From the NCBI GenBank assembly GCA_012295275.1, contig CM022670.1, positions 5,580,001 through 5,644,000 on the forward strand: a stretch of DNA of 64,000 nucleotides, read 5' to 3'. This stretch comes from Chrysomallon squamiferum (lineage: Eukaryota; Animalia; Mollusca). Below, piece after piece: positions 41,251 to 56,474 of this stretch (positions are counted from its first letter, which is position 1; every line of letters starts with the position of its first letter). The translations under genes were made by a program, and so were the position numbers. The notes beneath the pieces are model-generated. The model was not told the origin of the DNA. It made no database searches and saw only the letters and a list, made by a program, of their open reading frames with translations.

Positions 41251-41915
41251 AAATAAACATTATCATGTACTAATAACAAACACTATCAGGCATTGGCAAT
41301 AATCACAGTCATGTATTGGAAATAAACACTATCATGTATTGATAATAAACACTATCATTTATTGATAATAAACACTATCATGTATTGATAAGAAACACTA
41401 TCATGTATTGGTAATAAACAGTACCATGTATTGATAATAAACACTATCATGTACTGGTAACAAACACCATCATGTATTGGTAAAAAATACTGTCATGTAT
41501 TGTAACAAACACTATCATGTTTTCATAATAAAGAGTACAAAGTATAATGCATTTATAATAAACAGTATACAATGTAATATATTTACAATAAACATTATAC
41601 AGTGTAGTGTGTTTATAATAAACAGCATACAATGTAAAGTATTTATAATAAACATTATACAATATAAGGTGTTTATAATAAACAGTATACAATGTAATAT
41701 ATTTATAATAAACAGTATACAATGTAATGTATTTATAATAAACAGTATACAATGTAATGTATTTATAATAAACAGTATACAGTGTAATGTATTTATAATA
41801 AACAGTATATAGTGTAATGTATTTATAATACACTGTAATTTATTTAGAATACACAGTATGTAATGTATTGTATTTATAGTAGACAGTATACACTGTAATG
41901 TATTTAAAATAAAAA
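41251..41915. repeat. Compound minisatellite: 23-bp unit grading into a 30-bp unit
   Basis: aataaacactatcatgtattgat (41.25-41.53 kb), then atttataataaacagtatacaatgtaatgt (41.53-41.91 kb). Confidence 0.88.
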
Positions 41916-42471
41916 AGTATCAGTTATGCATGTCAGACAATGCTATGCTTGAATAAATATTATCTCATCTCGTGATATATTATTTTATGACTTAGCATGA
42001 CATATTCAAACATATTCTCATAGCAGTGAGTTCAGTTTACAAAGATCCTTGCTGTAATAAAAGCTGATGCTCTGGGTTTAACAGTTCTGACAGTGACGTG
42101 TGTATTGATTACATTCTGTAGCAAACGTTTTAATCTGTTATAAATCATAAATCACAATTGCTACGTATCAGATATCATAATTATTATATTGTATGCTGTT
42201 TGTATATTAAAACGTGACGGATCTATTCCAGTTTGTCTCACTGTAATGCTTTAAATCGCTGTTATCTTATTAACTGACTACTTTTATGTCTCGTAAACTA
42301 AAATGAATACCAGACCTCGTGACAGAGTCACTGACTGGATGACTTACTTATCAGTGTTTTTCTGACTTAGTGAATAAATAGTTAAGTAGCAACTGAGTGA
42401 CTAACTTCCTAGTGTTTGGCTGACAGACGGGTCTAGTTTCCTAATAGTTGATTTAGTGTCTGACTAACTGC

Positions 42472-42510
<39 letters not shown>

Positions 42511-42614
42511 TTCTGGTTGATATAAAATACTCTAAGTGAATTTTGTAATTATTTTTTTTCTGTTAACAGACAATAGATAGATAGAGAGATAGGTTTATTT
42601 TATGGTTATTTTGC

Positions 42615-42648
<34 letters not shown>

Positions 42649-42777
42649 GCATGAATATACTTAATATAACTTTACAGTTAAATGGTTTTTAAATCCATGA
42701 CTAAATAAAATATAGTATTACAGTTATGTAAACGAAACAGAACGAGTTAAGTAGAAAAAAATCTAAAATTAGGTAAC

Positions 42778-42873
<96 letters not shown>

Positions 42874-44578
42874 TTTTATTTATATTTTTAATTTTTTCCC
42901 CCACGGCAATTTTATGTTTGCATGATTTTTTTTTATGTATTTAAACGAGGCATACGAATGTGTTTGTTTCCTGTATAATTGGTAACTCTTGGCTGATCGT
43001 TGAATGTCATCTAAAAGCTAATTAAGTAGAAATCGCTAAAAACTGAACACTGCATTTCGCATTTCATGATAAGGCCAAAGGCAATACGTTACAGGATTTT
43101 TTCAACCTTAAAATTGGATTTTTTTTTTCTTACTTACGATGAATAACAGTCTTCACTTGAACCTGTAATGATTTAATTGATAATATCTAAAAAGAAAAAA
43201 GCCAGCAATATTGTGGTTATTTTGAAAGCAAGGGATTCAGTTTTATTATGGGACAAAACGCTATTTTAATTATCTTCAATTTATGATTAATAGTAATATT
43301 ATAAAAACAAAACAAAGAAATAAAAATTGAATTTTATGTAAAAAAAAAATTCTTCTTCTTTCTAAAGTAAGTTTTAAAAATATATATTTTAGTTAAATAT
43401 AATTAATAATAATTAACAAAAAAGAACGAAAGAAAGAAAGAAAACCCATTATAATAGTTTTATTGATTTCCTACTTAATTTGTTTAAATATTAATGTCTT
43501 TGTCGGTTATTTATTGTTATTGAAATGTCACGTTAATATGAGCATATTGAAATGTGACATATCCATTGTAATACTTATTTCTTGAAATATACATCTGTCA
43601 TAATACTTTTGATTTTAAATGTACATCTATCGTAAAATTTATTTCTTGAAATGTCATATATCTACGTAATACCAATTTACTGATATGTCATATATCTAGG
43701 TAAAATTTATTTGTTGTAATATCACGTATATTTACACCAATCCAGGTTTACTAAAATGTCCCTTGACAACGACAAGATCAATTTATCTCTGTTGAAAATT
43801 TAATGTTATGTAACTGTATTAATACTATGTGTTGAAATGTAATATAACTGTTATTATCTGCATGTGAAAATGAATGACTACGTTGCTTTCTGTATGTTAA
43901 ATTTTAATATGACTGTACAAATATCAGTATGTTGTAATGTAACATATGTTAATATCTATATATCATGTTAACATCAATATTTGAAACTTTCATATGACTG
44001 CTAATAACGATGTGTGAAAATGTCATATGATTATGTTAATATTATTACGTATTTCTACACGAAAACTTTTAGAGTTTAGTAGCAACGGCGACTAAAGCAG
44101 TACAAGTTGCTGCTGTCGTTGTTGATGCAGCAGCAATTAGTAATATGTAAAAAATAAAGTCTTGGTTTTTGAAGAAAAAAAAAAGAAAAGAAAAGCAAAA
44201 CATGAGAAAGATAAGAAACACAAAATAACTTCTCGTTACAAATCTTCTATAATCTTTTCATCTTTCACAGATTTCTTTCTCTGATATTCGTTAAAAAGAA
44301 AATGTAAAGTATTTGGGTTTTTTTTACAAAAAGCAGGAAAGAAAGTAAAAGAAAAGAAAATAATAATTAATAAAAACTGTTATAGTTTAGCCGAGTGTTA
44401 TCAAATAAGACGCCCGAAGCGTTCGATGAGTAAGAAGAAGATAATGCTGTCAATTATAAAACATGAAAGAATAACTCTCAAGTGATGTGATCTTTACAGT
44501 CTAAACAGAGACAAACATCTCAGAAGAACTTCTTTAGAGGCAAAGACGAAGATAAAATTATTTTAATTTTCATGACAT

Positions 44579-44734
<156 letters not shown>

Positions 44735-45030
44735 CTGCATTATTGCTTGTCATCTGTGTAGAGATACAAGACTATAATTTCAACACTTCATCAGGCCGTG
44801 TTTGTTGCCATTCTCTAGATGTGCACTAATGACCGCCTCCAGCGGCAACTGACCATCTTAACCAGACGATCTCTGACGTCACGCTACTGGACTTGCAGAA
44901 AGAAGGGAAAACTCAATTTTCATTTCTATGTTAATGGCGCTTGTTCAGCCATACATATCTTTTAATACGACACGTGTATCTAATTCATTAGCGGGAATTA
45001 GGCAACTGTAAGCGTTTTCTAAAAATAAAG

Positions 45031-45074
<44 letters not shown>

Positions 45075-46574
45075 CAACATCATTATGTAATACGACATTA
45101 AGAGTGCAGCACAACATGTACATTACTAACCATGCATATCGAAATATGTTAGAGTACTTTTTCGACACAACCATAATGAGATCCAATTTTAATCAATTTT
45201 CTATAACTTACTTTGATTAAAATACAGCCGAATAACACTCATCTTAATCTCTAGACATTAATAAATAAAGTGTTAAATAGAAACGAATTCGTTATAACAG
45301 AATCATGTTTTAGGTGTTTTGTGAATAGATGTTTTTAATTTAAAGTATTATTAAACGCTGATTTTTCATTTTTTGATTTTATTATATGTAATACGTGTTA
45401 GTTGTACGTGTTAACATGTACTACATTTAAAAATTTAATATGTTAAGTTGTAACACAGTTAAATACTGTATTTATAACATTTTATAACTGTACGTATTAG
45501 CTTGTATTACATTTATTACATTTTAAAACTGTACGTGTCAGGGCGTACTACATTTTAAAACTTTATATGTTAACTTGTATTTCATTTAAAATTGTATGAG
45601 ATAACTTGTAACTTATTAAAATTGTACGTATTAACTTGCATTGCCCTGAATAATTGTACTTGTTGTTATAACACACTTTAAAGCTGTACGTGTTGACACG
45701 TTTTACATTTTACACTGTAACGTGTTAACATGAAATACATTTTTATTATTGAACACGGAACTCATAATGAAGTATTATGTTTTAGAAGTGGTCTTATAAT
45801 AATAAACTATTCCTTTTGAAAACTGAACTTGTAACAATAAACTGTTGTTTCTGAAAACCAAATTGTTATTAGGAAAATGAACAAGATACAGTTCTGAAGC
45901 TTTGTCTTCACTTATACTAAAATATTTACATGTATGCAAAATTTATTTAAGCTGAAATATCAGGATAGTATTGACATAAAATAAGCTGCAGGCTCTGTTA
46001 AAACTGGATAGAGTGAAATATCATCAGCAGAGTTAATGAGCGCAACATTTAATTTCGTGTTTTATTACCTGTCATTATTACATTTCAAAGAAACTTGAAC
46101 AAAATAATATCTGTCTAAGAAGAATAATCAGAGAAAATAATTTATTAAGTGTAAAAATAACGTATGTGTAATACTGTCAATATCTACTGTTATCAACAAT
46201 GTCGGGTATTTTGGTACTGGATACAACATACCCTTTGTTCTCACAACCAAACAGAATACACAGTGTGGAGTGAAAACAACTCTGTTATAACACCTGATAG
46301 AACAATACTGTAATTTACCATTCTTCTTCTTTTATGACTGTATTATTGTCGTCTAGGTGTCCAGGGAGCTGTTTAACTTTGATTCTGATACATAATACAT
46401 AGACAGATAGCTTTATACTGTACAGTGACAAAACAAGCAACCACAGCTGGTTCCATATGATTTGAAAATGAATACGTTCTTGTATGAAGGCGGTGATAGA
46501 AAAATGTGTACATTCATACATACATACAAACATTCATATAAACATACATACATGCCGTTTCTGACTAAAAAGTG

Positions 46575-46608
<34 letters not shown>

Positions 46609-47389
46609 AATAATAATAATATATATATATATATATATACTGAGAATGGTTTTAATTTTCTTCTTTTCTGAGCCTGTGTGTAGATTTTCAATTTGTTGAC
46701 AGCATATTACTTTGTTTCTGTGATGGAATACTGAAGAGAGCACTTTTCTTGTTGAATTCTGCATACAATAACTAAATAATACAGCTTTACAGCTACTCGC
46801 AGCCTGCTTCAGCTATTGAAAGCACACGTGTGTGTTGTGGGTGCTTTGTTTTTACACATTTTCTCTTAATTGCAACGTTTGTCTCTCAACAATGCCGTAC
46901 ATCGCATTCTTTCTGGAAATAATTCACAAACAGAAACCTACGAGAAACCATTAGCGTCATAATGGCTTACGATGAGTTAGTTTTAACATTTAATTTTGGA
47001 TTAACTGCTTAATGAAGCATGATCGTTGTTTTATGCAAATAAAAGTAATTAGTAACTTAGCACAAAAACTACAACGACGACTACAGCATTCATTTTCATC
47101 CTGCGGAGAAGTAATTAGTAACATAGTGACATCTACAGATCTTTATTTATAGTCCAGATTTGGAGTAATATAAATGTATATCATGTATCGTTATTAGCAA
47201 AATTTGATATTTATATTGTACTGAAAATAATCACATCAAATCTGAAAATTATCACCAAAAAAAGTCATAAAAATATGTTATGATTAGAAATTTTATTACT
47301 GGTAAATGCTGAAATTTATATTACACTGAAAATTATCAGAAAAGCAGACTGAAGGTAATCTAGAATAATCTAAAAGATGTAAACTGTAT

Positions 47390-48332
47390 TTCATTGATAA
47401 TAATCTCACACTGTATCAATTATCAGTTGTATCACACTGGTGATAGCCTCACATTGTATCACTTATCACTTGTATCACACTAATGATGGTCTCACATTGT
47501 ATCAGTTGTCAGTTGTATCACACTGGTTATAGTATCACATTGTATCACTTATCAGTTGTATCCCATTGGTGATAGTCTCACGTTGTATCACTTATCAGTT
47601 GTATCACACTGGTGATAGTCTCACGTTGTATCACTTATCAGTTGTAACACACTGGTGATAGTCTCACGTTGTATCACTTATCAGTTGTATCACACTGGTG
47701 ATAGTCTCACGTTGTATCACTTATCAGTTGTATCACACTGGTGATAGTCTCACGTTGTATCAGTTATCAGTTGTATCACACTCGTGATAGTCTCACGTTG
47801 TATCAGTTATCAGTTTTATCACACTGGTGATAGCCTCACATTGTATCAGTTATCAGTTGTATCACACTGGTGATAGCCTCACATTGTATCAGATTGTTAT
47901 CAGTTGTATCACACTCGTGATAGTCTCACGTTGTATCAGATTGTTATCAGTTGTATCACACTGGTGATAGTCTCACGTTGTATCACTTATCAGTTGTATC
48001 ACACTGGTGATAGCCTCACGTTGTATCAGATTGTTATCAGTTGTATCACACTCGTGATAGTCTCACGTTGTATCACTTATCAGTTGTATCACACTGGTGA
48101 TAGCCTCACATTGTATCAGATTGTTATCAGTTGTATCACACTGGTGATAGCCTCACGTTGTATCAGATTGTTATCAGTTGTATCACACTCGTGATAGTCT
48201 CACGTTGTATCACTTATCAGTTGTATCACACTGGTGATAGCCTCACATTGTATCAGATTGTTATCAGTTGTCACACACTGGTGATAGCCTCACATTGTAT
48301 CAGATTGTTATCAGTTGTCACACACTGGTGAT
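47390..48332. repeat. 43/47-bp minisatellite (~21 copies) with a 90-bp higher-order dimer
   Basis: Unit gttgtatcacactggtgatagtctcacgttgtatcacttatca; long variant ends gattgttatca. Confidence 0.95.
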
Positions 48333-49344
48333 TTACAAAATGTACATAATTTTCACATCAGAGCTGAATACTGTGAGATTTCTTCAAATTAATACAAATG
48401 ACTATCCCAGTTTGACATATGAGTTATTTTTATATTTATATTTTTTTTCCCTTTGATTTTTGTCATTAGACAACTGCAGTTATTTCCATTTAAACACAAT
48501 TTGCAACTTCTATTGTGTATTCATTTTGGGGGGAAATTTGGTTTGATTGGCAAAATGCACACGTGAAATGGCTATCGTGATAACATGAGGACATCAGCCA
48601 TCAACAAATTGATCTCAATTAGAAATGTCAAATGTTAACAACACCGGCTTATCGAGCTTCATGTTTTTCTATACTCAGTGTGATTGAGCAAACGGTGTGT
48701 AATTTGCTACAGTTTGGTGAGTGATCATGTTAAATATCTTCACTTATTAGTCACAACAGTTTAACTCGGAGTCTCGGCAGTGTTTTAGTTTTTACTATTA
48801 GTAGAAAGTTTTACTGTACGTCAAAAGTAGTGTGTGTTAGTTTAATACTGCAGCAACGTCATCAGTGGTGTCTAATGCTTTTTTGTTATTACCTGAACAG
48901 TTTTCAGTAGGTCAGTACTGTTGACCACTAGTTTTTATTTCTACACGTCAACACTAGTGTCTACTAATTTTTATTATTAACAAATAAATATGTAGTCATA
49001 ACTAATATTTAATAAAATTAATTAATAGCACTGCAGATTTCTAATTTGACAAATTCAAGAAGAGACTTGAAAAAGATAAGCATCATAAAGACACAAACAA
49101 AATTATTTCACTGAATTTAATTATACAATTCAGTTAACTGCCTGACGTTTTTCGTATTTATACTGCTTTGTAAAAATACTTTGTCAATTTTGTTTTAACT
49201 GAAAGAAAATCTTCGCGTTCATACCAAACTGTCCAGTAAGTGGATCACTGACCAATCGCCGGCTGAAAGCAGCCATTAATTAAGTAAGTAACCAGTAATG
49301 TCCAGTAATTGGCACTAAGGACAAGTATTATGCTTTAGATTCAA

Positions 49345-49580
49345 TGTTCTTAACTACTTCTCTCTAATTATTTCTTCAGAAAGTTAAATAATACTTCTCT
49401 AATTCTTGTTTTAGAAAGTAGAAATGATGTTTTTAACTACCTTTCTCTAATTCTTGTTTCATGAAGTAGAAATGATATTTTTAACTACTTTTCTCTAATT
49501 CTTGTGTCATGAAGTTGAAATGATATTTTTAACTATTTATCTCTAATTCTTGTTTCATGAAGTTGAAAAGATGTTTTTAT
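49345..49580. repeat. ~48-bp tandem repeat (~5 copies)
   Basis: Core ttaactactttctctaattcttgtttcatgaagtagaaatgat. Confidence 0.8.
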
Positions 49581-50014
49581 ACACTGTAATTTAATTTTTA
49601 TTTCAACAGTATTCATTATCAGCCACAAATAGTTTCACATTTAAATAATCGATGCGATTTCAGATTTCTTTTATTGTTTTCTTACTCATGTGTCAGGTTA
49701 GTTTCGAACAATCTGTTTCCGTTTCCTTTACATTCCATGATCTAGAGACCGAACTGAATTTCCCAAAAATCAATTATATACAATTATGTTTTATAACTTT
49801 TCTGTACTTTTCAAGACTTACTAAGTTAAACGCTTCTGATAATTTGTTTGAAATAATTTGTTTTGATGTACCATTAACACTGCTGCACCCTTTTCCCAGT
49901 TACTGGGCAGGAGGAGTCCCACTCTCTGAAAATTGACTTGTAACAAAATGTGCTGGTCCGCCATTTTATCAGTTACTTTAATAACAAGACTAACGACAAA
50001 CAAACAACGACAAC

Positions 50015-50046
<32 letters not shown>

Positions 50047-51589
50047 AGAAAGAATAATGAATAATGTCATCACTAATTGGTCATGTTGTTTGATAAAGTT
50101 TATATCACAAAACAGCTCGCTACAGGAACATTGAAATATCTGTAAATTCAGCTATTTGTAAACATGTATGCTAAAATTGGTTAGGGGTAATTCACGTAAG
50201 TCCTGGGTTATGTTTTCACCACGTTAAAATAAAAATAAAAAATAAATTAAATTAAATTAAAAAAGTCATTAAAAAATAGTATTACAGTAGAATCACATTA
50301 TTAAAAAAAAAGACATTTTATTTTTTATTTTTGTTCTTTTTTTTTTTTTTTATTTTAAAATTATTTTAATAATTTTTTTAATTTTTAATTTTGTTTTTAA
50401 TATTATTTTGGCTGTTATTGATAGACATTTGTTAATTTTTTTTTTTTTATTATTATTACAAAATATCTCATTGGACGAATTGTAAAAAGCCCACAAAATT
50501 CAAATATTTTCGTATGTTTATGATATTCAGATCGTTCAGTAGATTAAAGCAGTTTTGACAAAAAAATAAATAAATAAATAAACAGGAATTATTTCAGTTC
50601 GACCACTTCATTACAAAATGACATGAATGTGAACTGTATATATGTGCATGAAATTTGATTTTACTCGTGTGTTTATGTATAGATATGTGCATATATGCGC
50701 ATGCGTGTTGTTATTTCGGTATTTCCTTTTTGTTTCAGAGATTATACTCTTTGTTTCAGCACCATCGAAATAACAGAAGAAAAAACTGTTTGTAAGTTTT
50801 TAATATTATTTATTCATTCATTCATTTATTTATCATACAAAAAAACAAACGTAATCTAACAAAGACATAATAAGCACCTACTAAAAATATACACAAAACA
50901 CGCAAACGAATACACCTGTGTATAAACGTATCTACATTGACTGATTTGCACAAAGCTGCTCGGTGACACGAGATTTGAAACATCATCGCCTGCTGGCTTT
51001 AATCTGCTATCGCTCTCCGTGTAGCTGAAGGCGACAATAACACTCGTGTTACCAACGTGCTTCGTTATCCGCAGAGCGGACCGCCGCAACCCCGCACTGC
51101 CGTATTAACAGGTTTTTAAAATTAATGTCATTGTTACATTCTGCTTGACATCGCGAGATAATATTTCGTTCCTGCAATCCCGCACGCACCAGTCAACACG
51201 TGTAACTCATTACCGACAAACTAATACGTATTTCCGGTTACACAACAGGCGTAAACCTCGTAACAGTTTTTACTCTGAAAAAAAAGAAAAAAAAAAAAAA
51301 AGTTAATTTATTTCATTAAAGTATCCGTATTTCAGCAGCTTAAGTAATAAATCATTTATAAATGGTAGCATAAAATCAAACTGTTTATATACATTGTCAG
51401 CAGTTTCTGCTCCAGTGCACAATTTACCTTACCTTGTGATGGGAATACGGGTATCCTGAGTGTTCTGGCAGGAAACATGTGCTAAGAATGAAAAAAAGAT
51501 GTCACCTAGAACTCCAGATACCAATTTGATGATATTAATATCGTTTACAACTCTAATACTTGGTAATAATTTTTAACAGTATATTATTT

Positions 51590-51910
51590 ATAACACTAGA
51601 CAGTAAAACTAGGTAAGATGTTATATGTTACCTAAAACTCTACACAGTAAAACTACGTAACATATGCTGTATCTTATCTAAAACTCTAGACAGTAAAACT
51701 ACTTAACATATGTTATATGTTACCTACAACTCTACACAGTGAAACTACGTAACATATGTTATATGTTACCTAAAACTCTACACAGTAAAACCACGTAACA
51801 TATGTTATATGTTACCTAAAACTCTAGACAGTAAAACTACGTAACATATGCTGTATGTTACCTAAAACTCCAGTCAGTAAAACTACGCAAGATATGCTAT
51901 ATGTTACATA
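51590..51910. repeat. 46-bp minisatellite (~7 copies)
   Basis: Unit aaactctacacagtaaaactacgtaacatatgttatatgttaccta. Confidence 0.9.
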
Positions 51911-54900
51911 GACATCAATACTGAAATGGTTAACGGTAAGCGACAGTTGTAACCACAGTGATCATTTTGCCAGCGACTAATTGCGTTAAAAAGTTTGAGA
52001 AGAACATTTGTCTAAATGAATCAGTGACAGCTCGGGTCTCAGTCTCGCCTCTCTTTACTGTAATTGATAACACTGAACATCAGTCATCATCTGTGTCACC
52101 TTTATTCGCGGTCGGTGTGTTTGTCAGTCATACGATACATGTGTTATAACGAAACGTTACGAGGTAAAGATTGTTACTAATTCCTCAGATGCATTTTGTA
52201 CACGCACTGGCCACACTGAAGCTGCTTCTGAAAGCTTCACCTGTTAACATTTCATTTAAATGTATCACTGAATCGCAATGACTGACACGTCACGTACAAC
52301 AATGCAGCTCAACTAAAATCTGATAATAGTATCCCTTTCGTGTCTACGTCTTTATAAAATTAACCATTCTCTAATATTATTGAAGAAAGGGCGAAATACA
52401 ATTTGCTCTTTTTATTACTAAATATAATGAAGATTTAAACAAATAAACAACTGTACTAATCCTGGTAGAAAGCACTGAACAGTAGATTTTATAAAACGAT
52501 GCTCCTATCGATTTATATATGAAAACTGGAGAAAAGTTGTTTAATAAGGAATCTTCAAATGCTATCTCCAGAGTAAAATCTTTAAAATACATATTTCGCT
52601 ATTTGTTACCGAGGTTGGTCAGTTTATATATATATATATCTGAGAAATAGAGAGAAAGAAATCGAAAGATAAAACGAGAAACTAATAAAAAAATGACAAA
52701 GAGATGAGTAAAACTGTTCATCAGTAATTTACAAACTGTTTAAGTCAATTGTGTTACGAGCGAATAACGCAGTAATTTAGATTGTTGTTAAAAACGAAAC
52801 AGTAGGAGAAGGCAAGTAATGGCGTTAGGTTATTAATGTAGCTTGTCACAAGGAGAAAATTACATCTGCATATGTTTGCCATGACAATACTATTACGAGT
52901 TAGAGGAGATTCACCAATCAGTGATTTCTTCACGGCGACGTTATTTTCTGTGTAACAAGTTTACACTCGCTGTTCCAGTACGTGAAGAGTCGTAAAGATG
53001 ACCTCTCACGTCGTTTCGTACATGTCACTTGTAACGTCATTCTTGTCACGTCATTTTAAAATACTTGTTAGAACCAAAATCCACAAATAATATTATTACT
53101 TGAGACCATCACGAAGACACACATTTGTTTACGAAATCATGTTATTATTACATTCATCGTGAATAGCAGTAGTTTGTAGACATCTTACAATACGTATTAA
53201 TACAGAATGGAGTTTTTAAAACATTTTATTATAACAATGTGGTTATTACCTTGCTTTTTAGATAAGGTAACGTATTTTTATCACAAAAATGATATAGTTA
53301 TTATATTGTATAATATTAACAATATGGTTATTATAATATCATATTGTGTGACAATAACAGTATCGTTATTATGATAACATATTGTACGATAATGACAATG
53401 CAGTTATTAATTTAACATATTGTATGATGATGACAGCTTAGTTATTGTTGTTTTGATAAATAAAAATATTGAAAATATTAGTAGGGCTATTTTCAAAATA
53501 CAGAAGAAATGCGTGCGAAAAGGAGTGGGAAGGATAAAGAGTTTAGAAATAAATCACGACAATGATGAACGTTTTATAACTGTTAAAATAACAGAGACGC
53601 ACGACAAAGGGTTGATTGTTAAAGCACATTACACGAACTCTGTGTGTAACTGCTGAATAGCTTTGCAAACAGAGTGAATACTTGTGTGGTTTTACTGGGA
53701 AGTGTTTTACTTATTACCCACTGAGGTTGCGGAATTCTCTTCAATAGGTCCTCATTTCCTGGATTTGTCAGGGCAATCAAAACGTGAAAGACTAATCTTT
53801 GAAATGATACCGTTACAGTTAATGAGTGCAAATGGAGGTCTTCGCACCCATGAAAAAGAAGAATGTTTAATCGCCAACAAAGCTGCTAGCAAATGAAAGG
53901 AATCAGATAGCTGCGTTACTGATCAATCTAACTAACAATATGTAGTAATTGGAAATCTGGTTTCGTATAAAGAGAAAATCAACACAGGAACGGATAGCGT
54001 ATGCTCAAGGCTAGAACTCGGGCCACGTGAAAATACCGATAGAAATGGGTTATTTTCTGCTTCAAACCGCTCGGCCTGCTTGTCACACTCGTGTTTACCC
54101 AGGTTACTTTTAATCGCGTTTCGATTCGTTCACAGACGAACTGTCAATCAAGTATCATAACGTTTATTTCCTGTTCAAACTAATGCTCGTCCCTGAATGA
54201 CGTGATCAGCTAGTCGGGCAAACATTAATCAACAAGATCACGTGGTCGTCTTATTACTGTGTCTTTCGAATAGAAGAGCTTCAAGGGCAGATAATCAAAG
54301 AAACTATTACGTTGTAACGCCTTTCTATCAGGCTTACTGCTCAGATATTTGCTCTTTAACCAAATTAATTAGCTCGCAGTGAAATCCACCTTTATAATTC
54401 ACCAAATACATTAACTAGCGATATGTACTCTAACAGTACGGCTGTTATTCAAATATACGTCAGCAGGATCTTAAAATCCTCTTATTCAAATATAAAAATT
54501 AGTGTGAGATAAAGTGTATTTTAATACCTCAGGAACTGTGGCCAGTAATCTGGTCTTTTTTAACAGTTAAAGATTATTATGATTGCCCATTTAAGATATA
54601 AATATATATTTCATTTCACGTTTGTATCACTGGTCGCATGTGTGTCAAATCATACAGTACGATTTTGCCTGATCTGCCATGATGTGATATATGCTACATA
54701 ATGATCTATGATACGTGATATGATAATGATATATGATATGATATGTGATATTTGATCTTATTTGTGATATGATATTTGATTATATTATATGATGATGTGA
54801 TCTTATATTACGAGGCGATATGACCCAATTTGATGTGTGTGAAATAATAATATATCAATGAATTTAAAATAATTAGAAACATTCTGTATATGAATAAGAA

Positions 54901-55211
54901 ACTCTGATGATAAAAATATTTTCAGTGAGAATGCATTGTACTAATATAAAATATATTCATCGACCAGAAGTTTAGAAAACTAATAGTTCAAAGTATTAAA
55001 AGAAGAACGTCTATTTTATTTCACACATTTTATTATTTAAACTGTACACGATTATAAATTAGGAAAGTAAAAGATTATCAGTACAATGTATAAAAGAATT
55101 CAAGTACAGATATGAGCTGCGTGTCATCAATTATCCTATTTTTATTTTAATAATTCATCACTGTGCCGCTGACAGTTGTCTGTCTGCATTTAGTGTTGTC
55201 ATTTAGTTCAT

Positions 55212-55412
55212 AGTCAGTTCAAATCAAGTTTTATCTTCTTTCACAATCAGTCCAAATCAAATTTTATCTTCTTTCATAATCAAGTTTTATCTTCTTTTAT
55301 AATCAGTTCAAATCAAGTTTTATCTTCTTTTATAATCAGTTCAAGTCATTTTTTATTTTATTTCATAATCAATTCAAATCAAGTTTTATCTTCTTTTATA
55401 AATCAGTTGAAA
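55212..55412. repeat. ~33-bp tandem repeat in the probable 3'UTR of the fusion gene
   Basis: Unit aatcagttcaaatcaagttttatcttcttttat. Confidence 0.8.
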
Positions 55413-55581
55413 CGACATTTTTTTTTTCCTGTTCTGATAAATTACTGTAAATCATGCACAGTGAAAGCATACATATCAAATAAATATCTGTTATATCCTT
55501 TTTTCTTTCATGCAGGAAACGAAACCATACCGTACTGCATTTAAATACATAATTTTTCTTTTCTGTACAGATCTGTGATTT

Positions 55582-55941
55582 TTATAAATGTGTCCAGACT
55601 ACGTTGTCTTTGTCTTTTTGAAATGAATCTGAAGTGCATCGCTCTCTGCCTTTTATATTGTCATAGAGTCTCTCCGAAAGAGTGGCGTCGTGACACGTTT
55701 TAAAACTCGAGTTGTCGTACGTCATCAACGGCTTCATGGCCAACATCATGCTGTGATACAGATGAGGAAAAATATCTTCTTGAGTTGCAAGTAGCTCTTT
55801 GGTTCTACCTCGCTCCTGAAAACAACAGATATTGTTAATTAGCTTGTACGGATAAATCGAGAAGTTATATAAAGTTCATTACGTAAGTAAACAAGAAAGG
55901 AAATAAAAAAATAAAAATAAAAAATAACAAATAAAACTATA

Positions 55942-55981
<40 letters not shown>

Positions 55982-56359
55982 AGCTCACCTGTATGGAAGG
56001 AAAGACAACTGATGTGTTTTTAGCGGAGAAGACAGGAACGTGATTCTGTAATTGACAAACTTATTTCTATTAATTAGAAAACCAAATATTTTACAAGCAA
56101 TTTCTCGTTTTCTTAATATTAAATTGTTGTTACATTTAAGAATTCTTCGGAAAATGTTCGAATTATAAAGATACTAATTTATTTAAATGAACGTTAAGAT
56201 GAAGTGTTAAAACAAACCTGTTCCACAAAATGTCTGAGATCTTTTTCTCTTACGTATACAAAGGGTCTTATTACTCGTAGGCTGCTGTCCCTGTCATTAT
56301 AACAATAATATTAACAACAACAAAATTAATACAAAAATAATGATAATAATAGTAATAGC

Positions 56360-56418
<59 letters not shown>

Positions 56419-56424
56419 AATAGC

Positions 56425-56474
<50 letters not shown>

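Noticed and set aside
55585-55596. C-terminal WTHL of the fusion protein as a peroxisomal or PDZ-binding signal
   Set aside because: Non-canonical PTS1 and too short to support without conservation data.
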